DNA of 64,000 nt from an uncultured Chloroflexia bacterium (GTDB lineage Bacteria > Chloroflexota > Anaerolineae > Anaerolineales > E44-bin32). The notes under the pieces are model-generated. The model saw only the letters and a list, made by a program, of their open reading frames with translations. It did no database searches and had not been told where the DNA came from. This document shows positions 37,767 through 46,685 of the stretch, one piece after another (within the stretch, counting starts at the first letter, position 1; every line of letters begins with the position of its first letter). Made by a program: the position numbers and the translations under genes. The stretch spans positions 140,187 to 204,186 of the forward strand of contig CAVZPO010000021.1 of NCBI GenBank assembly GCA_963777165.1, read 5' to 3'.

Positions 37767-37857
37767 GCCGGCGATTATAACGGAGGGCTGCGAGGCGCGA
37801 AGCACAGAGCTGGTTGTCTTGACGCTCCTTGGGCGGGTCGTTATAATCCTCAAGCTT

Positions 37858-37931
37858 TCCTCGGTAGCTCAATAGGCAGAGCGGGCGGCTGTTAACCGCT
37901 AGGTTCCAGGTTCGAAGTCCTGGCCGAGGAG
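37858..37931 (+). tRNA. tRNA-Asn (GTT)
   Basis: Acceptor stem TCCTCGG/CCGAGGA; D-arm TAGCTCAATAGGCAGAGC; anticodon stem-loop GGCGG-CTGTTAA-CCGCT; T-arm CCAGGTTCGAAGTCCTGG. No encoded CCA. Confidence 0.9.
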
Positions 37932-37957
37932 CCTCTCCCGACCCCACGCCAGCCTCC

Positions 37958-37990
37958 AGCCCCCGGCATCAGCAAGTGCGGGGGCTTTGT
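37958..37990 (+). terminator. rho-independent terminator-like hairpin after the tRNA
   Basis: AGCCCCCG-13 nt-CGGGGGCT followed by TTGTCGTC. Confidence 0.5.
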
Positions 37991-38530
37991 CGTCCCGGCC
38001 GCCGGCGAGTCTTCGCCGGTCATGAGTTGCGGTACGCCCACGTGGGCGACCCCCGGCGCGGCGTGCCGGCCTCGGTCGACGTGGCCCGAGGGGCTGACAG
38101 GCCGATAGGGCGCACTCCGCTTGTCTGGGTTCACACCCGCATTGTGCGCCCTTCGCACAGTGCCTGCCTGACGTTTGACCGCCATCGAGCTTCCGGGTGA
38201 GGTCCCATTAAGTGCCCGCCAGTCGCTTGGGATACCAGTCCGCGGTGAGGAGAGGAGTTCCCTCGACCTCGTGCATCATTCTCGCCGTTTCGCACCAAAG
38301 GGACGAGGGCCCCAGCCTTGGCCTTGTCCTCCCGCCGGCAATGGACATCATCGACGCCTTAACGGCCTACTGCAAGCCGCTCTCCGAGCCTCCTCCCGGG
38401 TGGCTTTGCGGGAGACACGGCTGCGCGGGGCGCCATTGGGTTCATGCTGACACCCTCTCCTGAGAGACGCGGGGTGAGTGTCCTGCCCCGCCCTATCCGT
38501 CTCGCTGTCCAACTCCCCACGGGTCGTCCG

Positions 38531-39210
38531 TCACCTGAAGTAAGGCCGGACGAACTCCCAGTTCTGCACAAAGTCGAAGATTCCCACGCCCACCAGGAGC
38601 AGGCCGCCGATCGAGTTGATCACTCGACCATGCCGGGCGAAAAGCCTTGTCAACCGGGTTTGAGCGGCACCCGAGATTAAGGAAAGCGCCAAAAGCGGCA
38701 GCCCGAACCCAACCCCAAACCAAAGGAAGACCGCCAGCTTGCTGACGGCTTCTTCGACCGTGAGCGAGAAGGCGAAGATGCCGACCACCAGCGGCCCAGA
38801 GCAAGGCAGGGCGATCGGCCCGTATAGTAGGCCATACAGGTAGGCATTGACGAAAGGGTGCGAGAGCACCGGGACCCGCACCTGCGGCAGCCGTTGGAAG
38901 GGATTGATGTCCAACAGGAGCAAGACGCCAAAGCCCACGATCACCAGGTCAGCCAGGGGGACCAGGCTGGACAGGGCGCGCCCGACGGATACAGACAGCG
39001 CCGTGAAGACCAACCCGAGCATCAACATCATGCTCAGCACGCCGGCCAGGACGAAGGCGCCCAGCAGGTACCTCCCCGCCCCAGCGGCCGGCGGTCCTGG
39101 CCCGCCGCCAGGAAGGCCAGGAAGCCCGGATACAGTGGAAGGACACATGGACTGGTGGTGGCCAGCAGGCCCAGACCGATCGAAGTTAGCGCCAACTCAA
39201 TTCCCATCAT
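38531..39210 (-). pseudogene. ccdA: cytochrome c biogenesis/thiol-disulfide transporter CcdA (DsbD family), frame shift near 39066-39095
   Basis: GGAGGA then ATGATG at 39210 gives MMGIELALTSIGLGLLATTSPCVLPLYPGFLAFLAAGQ (catalytic Cys motif), which stops after 58 codons. The remainder (RYLLGAFVLAG....GPIALPCSGPLVVGIF) is the 205-aa track ORF in another frame. The total span of 680 nt is not a multiple of 3. Confidence 0.8.
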
Positions 39211-39270
39211 TCCTCCGCGCGTGGGCGGACGGCCGCATGACCGGCCGTCCGCCCACGCCGCCTTCCTGAG

Positions 39271-39969
39271 CTACATCGCTTCGGCCAGGAATGGCTCGAA
39301 GGTATTCAGCAGGTCCTCGGCGCTCTTCTTGCCGAAGGGCAGCGGGTGCACCTCGCCGTGGCGGTCGATGGCGAACATCGGCGCCGAAGGCGGGTTCAGG
39401 TACTGGCTGCCGTACAGTTCGCCGATCTCGCGCCCCACCTCGGCCGGTGCGATGGCATACAGCCAGTCGAAGCCATTGCGGGAAATGTATTCCTGGAGCA
39501 TGACCGCATCTTCGTTGGGATCGATGTCCAGTCCCACGGATACGAAGTCGTCGCGCTCCCCGAGCAGCTCATGCAGACGCGCAATCTCACGCTGCTGGCT
39601 CAGGCACGTCGGGCACCACTGGGCGAACGGCTCCAGCAAGATGACCTTGCCCTTCAAGTCCGCCAGCGTGAATGCCGTCCCGGTTGCGACATTCGTCAGG
39701 GAAGCGGAGAAAAAGCCCGGCATCGACATGGCACCCTGGTCCGCCATCTCCTCCGCCATCGGTGTCTCCTTGCCCATCATGACGTCCGGCGTAGGGGTGC
39801 CTTCGTCCATCATTGCCTCGCGCGTCGGCGTGCCCTTCTCGGCCATGGCCTCACCTGCGGGCGTCTTCTCAGCCATCGCGTCTGTCACCGGCGCACAGGC
39901 CGCCAAGAACAGGCCCACGACCAGCACCGACACGAGACCTCGCTTCCAGAATGCGGTGTTGCTCATCAC
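39271..39969 (-). CDS. TlpA/ResA-like thioredoxin-fold lipoprotein with Met-rich N-terminal repeat
   Basis: Lipobox LFLAAC. Repeats AMAEKTPAGE/AMAEKGTPTRE/AMMDEGTPTPD/VMMGKETPMAE. Redox motif FAQWCPTC. Confidence 0.8.
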   Translation of the reverse strand: MMSNTAFWKRGLVSVLVVGLFLAACAPVTDAMAEKTPAGEAMAEKGTPTREAMMDEGTPTPDVMMGKETPMAEEMADQGAMSMPGFFSASLTNVATGTAFTLADLKGKVILLEPFAQWCPTCLSQQREIARLHELLGERDDFVSVGLDIDPNEDAVMLQEYISRNGFDWLYAIAPAEVGREIGELYGSQYLNPPSAPMFAIDRHGEVHPLPFGKKSAEDLLNTFEPFLAEAM

Positions 39970-40215
39970 AATCCTCCATGAGGGTTTCTAGAGGCAGGAT
40001 AGCGCTCAGGCCTTACTGGCCGGGCGAGATTGGGTTACGCGAATCCGACAGGGCAGGAGAGCCGGTTAAGGAACGCGTAATACCCGTCGACGTTGCCAAC
40101 TTCCCTTCACGGGTAGAATCGGGGTTGACTGGGTCGTCTGCGCATGCCGCCAAATGGGACGACGCCGAGGCGCCCGTCGATCGCTGGCAGGAGAACCGCA
40201 CCGCGAGGCTTTGGA

Positions 40216-40902
40216 ATGCCGGAAACCACCATTCTGATCGTAGAGGACGAGCCTTCAATCTCCGAGGTCGTCGGCCTTTACCTGCGCCGTGCAGGGTATC
40301 AGGTCCTGTCGGCCTCCGACGGCGCGGCCGCCCTGGAGACACTCGCCCGGGAGATGCCGGACCTGGTGGTGCTCGACATCATGCTGCCTCAGGTCGACGG
40401 GTTCGCCATCACGCGTTGGATCCGGGACCGCGGCGACACGCCGATCATCATCATCTCGTCGCGCCGGGAGGAGAGCGATCGCATCGCCGGCCTCGAGCTG
40501 GGCGCCGACGACTACCTGGTCAAGCCGTTCAGCCCACAGGAACTCGTCAGCCGCGTGCGGGCCGTCTTGCGACGAGCGCGCCGCTCCGATGCCGAAGGCG
40601 AGGCTCCTTTGTCGTTCGTCGATCTGTCCATCGACCCGCAGACCATGCTCGTCACCGTGCGAGGTGGAGAGGTCTCCCTGACGGCCAAGGAGTTCGAGCT
40701 GCTACACCATCTAGCTCGTCACCCGCGCCGCGTGTTTAGCCGAGACCAGCTGCTCGAAGCAGTGTGGGGCGCCTCAGATTACATCGACCCCAGCACGGTC
40801 ACCGTCCATATCCGCCGCCTGCGCGAGAAGATCGAAGCCAACCCCTCCGACCCGCAACGGCTGCAGACGGTATGGGGCGTCGGATACAGGTTCGAACCGT
40901 GA
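40216..40902 (+). CDS. OmpR-family response regulator
   Basis: TILIVEDEPSI...LVVLDIMLPQVDGF...DDYLVKPF. Winged helix: LTAKEFELLHHLARHPRRVFSRDQLL...VWGVGYRF. Confidence 0.9.
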   Translation: MPETTILIVEDEPSISEVVGLYLRRAGYQVLSASDGAAALETLAREMPDLVVLDIMLPQVDGFAITRWIRDRGDTPIIIISSRREESDRIAGLELGADDYLVKPFSPQELVSRVRAVLRRARRSDAEGEAPLSFVDLSIDPQTMLVTVRGGEVSLTAKEFELLHHLARHPRRVFSRDQLLEAVWGASDYIDPSTVTVHIRRLREKIEANPSDPQRLQTVWGVGYRFEP

Positions 40903-41008
40903 ACCTGGTACGGCCTGCTTCGCCTCCATCCGCCGGCCGCTCACCGACCCGGCCTGCCTCCCTCCATCCGGGTGATGCCCTGCGTCTCCCGCTCCCCAGA
41001 GCCGACCG

Positions 41009-42277
41009 ATGACACACAAGTCCACCTACCGACAATTCGCCCTTGGGCTGGTCCTTACCTTGTTGGTCTCGCTCGGGCTGTTCTACGGCCTGATGCGCCC
41101 GACGCTGGGCGATCTGTGGCTGATGACGCTGTTCCTATCCATCAGCGCCGGCACTTCCGCGGCGGTTGGCTTCGTCGCCTACCGGTTGCGCTGGATCGAC
41201 CGCTCTCCCAGCCTGCGACTCAGCCTGGTGACTGTGATTGCCCTGGCCAGCACGCTCGCTCTGGCGTCCGTATGGGTCACCGCCCGCCTGATGTTCGCCA
41301 GCCAGCACGACCTGATGCTTGCGACCGTCCTGCTGCTTTTCGCCGGGGGGATGGCCACTGTCCTCGGCACGTTCCTTTCCAGCCGCGTGACCGATCGCAT
41401 TCGCCACCTGGAACTTGCCGCAAACCAGATCGAGGGCGGGGACCTGACGGCGCGCGTCCCGGTCAGCGGGAATGACGAGATGGCCGGGCTGGCGCGCTCG
41501 TTCAACCAGATGGCCTCTCGGCTGCAGGATGCGGCCGCCCGGCAGGCGGAGCTCGAGGGGCTGCGGAGCAACCTGGTGGCATGGGCCGGGCACGATCTGC
41601 AGACGCCGCTGGCATCGGTCCGCGCCATCCTTGAAGCGCTCGCCGATGGCGTGGTCGAAGACCCGGCCGCCATCCAGCGCTACCTGCGCACCGCCCAGCG
41701 GGACACCCAGAGCCTGTCCCATCTGATCGACGACTTGTTCCAAGTGGCCGAACTGCAGGCGGGCGGGCTGCGCCTGAATCTGGAAGCCGCCTCGCTGGGA
41801 GACCTGATCTCCGACGCGCTCGAAAGCTTCACGGAGCTGGCGGCTCGACGCAGCATCCACCTGGAAGGGCGCGTGGCGCCGGGGGTGGATCCCGTCGTCT
41901 TGGATGCCTCACGCATCGGACGCGTGCTCGGCAACCTGCTCGCCAACGCCCTGCGCCACACTCCGGATGGCGGCACGATCACCGTCGAGGCCAGCGGCAC
42001 ACCGGATGCAGTCCGCATCGAGGTCACCGACAGCGGGGAGGGCATCCCGGCCGAGGACCTGCCGCACGTGTTTGACAGCTTCTACCGGGGAGAGAAGTCG
42101 CGAGCCCGAGCCACCGGTGGGGCAGGCTTGGGCCTCGCCATCGCCCGCGGTTTCGTCCAGGCGCACGGCGGTGAGATCAGTGTTCTCAGCCACTCGGGCC
42201 TGGGCTGCCGCTTCTTCTTCACCCTTCCCCGACCGCCCCGTTCCCAGGACCTTCCGCATTCCGTAACCCCTGCGTAA
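41009..42277 (+). CDS. sensor histidine kinase (2 TM-HAMP-HisKA-HATPase)
   Basis: HAMP (LTARVPVSGNDEMAGLARSFNQM); H-box LVAWAGHDLQTPLASV; N box LLANALRHTP; G boxes DSGEGIP, GAGLGLAIA. Confidence 0.85.
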   Translation: MTHKSTYRQFALGLVLTLLVSLGLFYGLMRPTLGDLWLMTLFLSISAGTSAAVGFVAYRLRWIDRSPSLRLSLVTVIALASTLALASVWVTARLMFASQHDLMLATVLLLFAGGMATVLGTFLSSRVTDRIRHLELAANQIEGGDLTARVPVSGNDEMAGLARSFNQMASRLQDAAARQAELEGLRSNLVAWAGHDLQTPLASVRAILEALADGVVEDPAAIQRYLRTAQRDTQSLSHLIDDLFQVAELQAGGLRLNLEAASLGDLISDALESFTELAARRSIHLEGRVAPGVDPVVLDASRIGRVLGNLLANALRHTPDGGTITVEASGTPDAVRIEVTDSGEGIPAEDLPHVFDSFYRGEKSRARATGGAGLGLAIARGFVQAHGGEISVLSHSGLGCRFFFTLPRPPRSQDLPHSVTPA

Positions 42278-42307
42278 GAACTCCCCGCTAGAGTCAAAGT
42301 CAGGCTG

Positions 42308-42859
42308 ATGGGCTGGAGCGGGCCGATGCGCTGGGAATGGTTGGGGGTTCTCTCGATAGTCGTTGCGGGTTGTGCGGCGGAGGTGACCCCTGCCCGGGCG
42401 TCTGACCTTCCGAATCTGGGTGCTGCGCCGGAGTTGACGGCGGACATATGGCTCAATGCGGACCACCCCCTGCGGCTGGCAGACCTGCGCGGTCGGGTCG
42501 TGCTGCTCGAGATGTGGACCTTCGGGTGTATCAACTGCCAGCGTGTCATCCCGTACTTGCAGCAGTGGCACGAGTCGTTCGGAGCCCAGGGTTTGGTGGT
42601 GATCGGAAACCACTACCCGGAGTTCAACTACGAACGCGACCTGCAAGGGTTGGGCGACGCTCTCGATCGCCTAGGGGTGACGTACGCCGTGGCACAGGAC
42701 AATGACGGCGCCACCTGGCGGGCCTATCGGAACCAGTACTGGCCGACGCTATACCTGATCGACAAGCAAGGGCGCCTGCGCTACAAACACATCGGCGAGG
42801 GGGCCTATGATGTCACGCAGGCAGCTATTCGGACGCTGCTCGAGGAGCCGGAAGCGTGA
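42308..42859 (+). CDS. thioredoxin-fold redoxin (TlpA/AhpC-TSA like), probable lipoprotein
   Basis: LSIVVAGC lipobox; VVLLEMWTFGCINCQRVIPYL CxxC motif; YWPTLYLIDKQGRLR. Confidence 0.75.
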   Translation: MGWSGPMRWEWLGVLSIVVAGCAAEVTPARASDLPNLGAAPELTADIWLNADHPLRLADLRGRVVLLEMWTFGCINCQRVIPYLQQWHESFGAQGLVVIGNHYPEFNYERDLQGLGDALDRLGVTYAVAQDNDGATWRAYRNQYWPTLYLIDKQGRLRYKHIGEGAYDVTQAAIRTLLEEPEA

Positions 42860-42968
42860 TGAACTCCAAGGCTCCTCCTAACTTGCGACTTCGGAAACGT
42901 GGGCTCCTCTCCGTTACAATCCATTCGACTCGGGACGCCACCCAACACGCGCCCGAAAAGGAGATGGC

Positions 42969-43926
42969 ATGAAGCCTCGTCGTGTACTCCCCGCATCCCC
43001 GCCCTCGTCGGAGATCACGCCGGAGGCGGTGTATCTCAATCGAAGGGCGTTCCTGCGCGCGGCCGGGATCGCCGGCGCGGGCGCGCTGCTGGCCGCATGC
43101 GGCGTAAAGGAGCAGCCGGCCGTCTCTCCGGCTCCCGGCCTCTCGGCCAGCTCCCAGGTTGACGAACTCGGCGCCCCGCTCACCGCCTTCGAGTCGGTGA
43201 CGAACTACAACAACTACTACGAGTTCACCACCGACAAGGAGGGTGTCGCCGGGCTGGCCAAGGACTTCCCCGTCCGGCCGTGGACCGTCCAGGTGGGCGG
43301 GCTGGTCCATAAGCCGGCCACGTTCGCCATCGACGACCTGCTCACCGCCATCCCCCAGGAGGAGCGCATCTACCGGCTGCGTTGCGTCGAGGCGTGGTCG
43401 ATGGTCATTCCCTGGATGGGCTTCGAACTCGGCCGACTGCTGGACCTGGTCGAACCGATGAGCTCCGCCGGCTATGTTGGCTTCACCACGCTCCTCGACC
43501 CCGATCAGATGCCCGGCCAACGCAGCCCGTTCTATCCGTGGCCATACACCGAAGGGCTGCGCCTGGACGAAGCGAAGCACACGCTGACACTGCTGTCCGC
43601 AGGTCTGTACGGGCAGCCTCTGCTCCCGCAGAACGGCGCGCCGCTCCGCCTGGTGGTGCCCATGGAAGTACGGCTTCAAGAGCATCAAGGCCATCGTGCG
43701 GATCGACTTGCTCGAGCAGCCCCCGGCGACCATGTGGAGCACGATCGCACCGGAAGAGTACGGGTTCTACGCCAACGTCAACCCCGAGGTCGATCACCCG
43801 CGCTGGTCGCAGGGCTCCGAGCGCCGCATCGGCGAGGGCGGCCGGCGTGAGACCTTGATGTTCAACGGCTATGCCGATCAGGTTGCCGGTATGTACGCCG
43901 GCATGGACCTGCAGGCCAGCTACTGA
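42969..43926 (+). pseudogene. msrP: periplasmic protein-methionine-sulfoxide reductase catalytic subunit MsrP (YedY), +1 frame shift at 43662
   Basis: Tat-like signal RRAFLRAAGIAGAG. YNNYYEFTTDK and RLRCVEAWSMVIPW up to GAPLRLVVP lie in frame 0. The family continuation [16 protein letters not shown]...[26 protein letters not shown]...LMFNGY lies in frame +1. Deleting a43662 (ccc-a-tgg) joins them. Confidence 0.9.
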
Positions 43927-43940
43927 TCCGGGAACACCGG

Positions 43941-44646
43941 ATGCCCACCCTGCCTACCGCGCCCGCCCGTGAACCGCCCCGATGGCTCCAGCGATTACAG
44001 GCGATCGACCTGCTTCGGTTGGCAGTCCACGTTGGCGCGCTGCTCCCGGCCGTGTGGATCCTTGCCGGATGGGTGAGTGGGGATCTGACCGCCAACCCGT
44101 ACCAGGCCGTCGAACAGCGAACCGGCAAGACGGCATTGATCCTGCTCGTCCTTTCGCTTGCGTGTTCACCAGTCAACCTGCTGTTTGGCTGGCGTGCGGT
44201 GCTGCGGCACCGCCGCACGCTGGGCTTGTACGCCTTCACCTACGCCGGGATACATCTCCTCGCCCTGGTCGGCCTCGACTACGGATTCGACTTCCGTCTG
44301 TTGCGCGCCGACCTGACGGGCAAGCCCTTCATCTGGGTGGGTGCCGCCGCGCTCTTGTTCCTGGCCGCCCTGGCCGCCACCTCCTTCCCGGCCTGGAAGA
44401 AGCGCATGGGCAAGAACTGGAAGCGGCTGCACCGCATGGCGTACCTCGCCGTCCTCCTGGTTGTGGTTCACTATGCATGGGCGCGCAAGGGAAACCTGAC
44501 CGCGCTGAGCGGGGACATTGTGCAGCCGGTTGCCTTCGGTGCCCTCGCCTGTCGTTCTGCTCCTGCTGCGCGTGCCGGCCGTCAAACGCTGGATCGCACA
44601 ACGTCGTGGGGCTGGCATGGAAGCGCGGGCGGGGGTCGGAAACTAG
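43941..44646 (+). pseudogene. msrQ: MsrQ (YedZ) heme-b membrane subunit, probable +1 frame shift at about 44550
   Basis: Ferric-reductase-like TM domain (RRTLGLYAFTYAGIHLL...HRMAYLAVLLVVVHY). After ...VAFGALA, frame 0 gives a non-hydrophobic tail. Frame +1 gives VVLLLLRVPAVKRWIAQRRGAGMEARAGVGN-stop, a last TM plus a basic tail. Confidence 0.7.
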
Positions 44647-44801
44647 CAGTCAGCAATTAGCAGTCAGCAACTAGCAACTAGCCATTTGCAGTTGGCGGGG
44701 GCCGTTGGCGACAAGATGTTCGTGAAGTGCTATGGGTAGCTGAAGGCCAGTAGCTCCTGGCTTGCAGCCAGCTGCTAGCCGCTGGTTGCTGGTTGCTTCC
44801 A
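44646..44801. repeat. intergenic element made of inverted heptanucleotide-repeat arrays (copy 2)
   Basis: Left arm, period 7 from 44646: GCAGTCA GCAATTA GCAGTCA GCAACTA GCAACTA GCCATTT GCAGTTG GCGGGG GCCGTTG GCGACAA. Right arm, period 7 from 44739: GCTGAAG GCCAGTA GCTCCTG GCTTGCA GCCAGCT GCTAGCC GCTGGTT GCTGGTT GCTTCCA. It shares a 34-40 nt block, including GCCGTTGGCGAC, with copy 1 in inverted orientation. Confidence 0.8.
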
Positions 44802-44881
44802 CCTGGCCTCGCCTCCCCCGGCTGACCTTGAACCCCCCGAACACACAGCTTATACTGGCGTCGGAGGCTGCAGATCTCGGA

Positions 44882-45589
44882 ATGCTACCCGCAACCCAAC
44901 GCCCCTCCGGCCGTGATGCCGTCAACCTGGTCATCCCGGCGCACAACGAAGCGGAGCATATCGCGGCCATCGTCCGAACGGCATTGCGCGCCTCGCTGGT
45001 GGGGCGCGTCATCCTGGTGGATGATGGCTCGACCGACGGGACGGCGGAAGCCGCAGCGGCCGCAGACCGCCGGCTCGAAGTGCTGCGCACGCAGGTTAAC
45101 CAGGGGAAAGCCGCCGCCTTGCTCCTCGGCATCCAGGCAGCCAACAGCGACCTGATCGCCTTTCTCGATGCCGACTTGATCGGCCTTCGCCCTGAGCATA
45201 TCGACGACCTGATCCGCCCAGTCCTGACGGGTGATTGCGACATGACACTCGGGCTGTTCCGGGGAGGCCGGCTTCGCACGGACCTGGCTCACCGCACAAC
45301 GCCTTACCTGAGCGGCCAGCGCTGCCTGCGCTGGGGGCCGTTTCGCGACACACCTCTTCTTGCAGACGCCCGCTATGGCGTCGAGGTCGCTCTCAGTTTG
45401 CATGCCCGCCGGCGCAGGCTGCGCGTCCGGTCCATTGTGTGGAATGGCGTCACGCATCTCACCCAGCCGGAAAAGCACGGCGCCGTGCGCGGCTACTTGT
45501 CCTATCTGCGCATGTACACCGAGATCCTGCTGTACCTGATCCGCCTCGGGCTTGAGCCCCTCGGTCGTCGAGGGCCTCGTCCTGCCTAG
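44882..45589 (+). CDS. family 2 glycosyltransferase
   Basis: VNLVIPAHNEAEHI......ILVDDGSTDGT......NQGKAAAL......IAFLDADL. The start is taken at ATG 44882, because the longer ORF from 44762 translates the repeat element. Confidence 0.7.
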   Translation: MLPATQRPSGRDAVNLVIPAHNEAEHIAAIVRTALRASLVGRVILVDDGSTDGTAEAAAAADRRLEVLRTQVNQGKAAALLLGIQAANSDLIAFLDADLIGLRPEHIDDLIRPVLTGDCDMTLGLFRGGRLRTDLAHRTTPYLSGQRCLRWGPFRDTPLLADARYGVEVALSLHARRRRLRVRSIVWNGVTHLTQPEKHGAVRGYLSYLRMYTEILLYLIRLGLEPLGRRGPRPA

Positions 45590-45725
45590 TCTGCACGAAT
45601 CGGCCGCCGACACTAGAATTCAGTCCAGCCTGCCCTGGCGCATGGACCCGGCCCTCAGTTCAAATCCGTCGTACGAGACGGGAACTCCCTGAGGACGTTG
45701 ACCCGCCGGGCTCAGGGGTGACCCC

Positions 45726-46685
45726 ATGTCGAGAAAGCCCCCCGTGAAGACTCCGTCTGTGGCCGTGGTCGTGCCGGTGTTCAATGAGCAGGCCGCCCTG
45801 CCCGCCTTCCACCCGCGACTCATGACCGCGCTGCTGGCGCTGCCGATCGACTTCCAGATCACCTACGTCGACGACGGCTCGAGCGATGAGACACCCCGGA
45901 TCCTGCAGGCCCTGGCGGCGGACGACCCGCGCGTGCGCGCTGTCCACCTGAGCCGCAATTTCGGTCACCAGGCGGCGCTCACTGCCGGCCTCGATCACAC
46001 CGACGGCGACATCGTGATCACCTTGGACGGCGATGGCCAGCATCCGCCGGAGCTCCTCGGCGAGATGCTGCGCCTGCACGCTGCCGGCTATGAGATCGTT
46101 CAGACCCAGCGGCTGGACACGCGGCGCACTCCGACCTTCAAGCGCTGGACCGCCGGCCTGTTCTACGCGCTGCTAAACCGTATCGGCGATACACCCGTCC
46201 GCCCGGGGGCGGCCGATTTCCGTCTGCTTTCACGCGCTGCCGCCGACGGGCTGCGTCAGATGCGCGAGCGCCATCGCTTCCTGCGCGGCATGGTCTCGTG
46301 GATGGGTTTCCGCACCGTCATCCTGCCGTACGAGCCGACGGAGCGCATCGCCGGGACCTCCAAGTATTCGGTGCGCAAGATGGTGCGCCTGGCGATCGAT
46401 GCCGCTTTCTCGTTCTCGCTCGCGCCGTTGTGGATCGGGCTGAGCGTCGGGCTGGTCTTCTTCCTGGGGGCCTGCGCCGAGGCGGTCTATGTGCTGAGCT
46501 TCTGGGTGCGCGGGCAGGCCGATGCCCTCGCACCAGGCTGGTCATCGCTGATGTTCATGGTGTTGATCGTCGGCGGGGTGTTGACGACGCTGCTGGGGTT
46601 CATCGGGGTCTACGTCGGCTACATCTTCCAGGAAGCCAAGCAGCGCCCGCTGTATCTGCTGCGCCCCGGACCCCCTCCCGTCTGA
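45726..46685 (+). CDS. polyprenol-phosphate glycosyltransferase (GT2, GtrB/ArnC/DPM1-like) with C-terminal TM helices
   Basis: VAVVVPVFNE....YVDDGSSDET......SRNFGHQAALTAGLDH..GD.VITLDGDGQHPPE. Two C-terminal TM segments. Confidence 0.85.
   Translation: MSRKPPVKTPSVAVVVPVFNEQAALPAFHPRLMTALLALPIDFQITYVDDGSSDETPRILQALAADDPRVRAVHLSRNFGHQAALTAGLDHTDGDIVITLDGDGQHPPELLGEMLRLHAAGYEIVQTQRLDTRRTPTFKRWTAGLFYALLNRIGDTPVRPGAADFRLLSRAAADGLRQMRERHRFLRGMVSWMGFRTVILPYEPTERIAGTSKYSVRKMVRLAIDAAFSFSLAPLWIGLSVGLVFFLGACAEAVYVLSFWVRGQADALAPGWSSLMFMVLIVGGVLTTLLGFIGVYVGYIFQEAKQRPLYLLRPGPPPV

Noticed and set aside
37892-38571. Integrase or prophage remnant at the tRNA-Asn 3' flank (ORFs 37892-38185 -, 38175-38450 +, 38359-38571 -).
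   Set aside because: There are no tyrosine-recombinase motifs (R..H..R..Y box) in any frame, and I saw no direct repeat of the tRNA 3' end.
44762-44881. N-terminal 40 aa of track ORF 44762-45589 (MQPAASRWLLVASTWPRLPRL...).
   Set aside because: This segment is the translation of the right arm of the heptad repeat element. The GT2 homology begins after the internal ATG at 44882.
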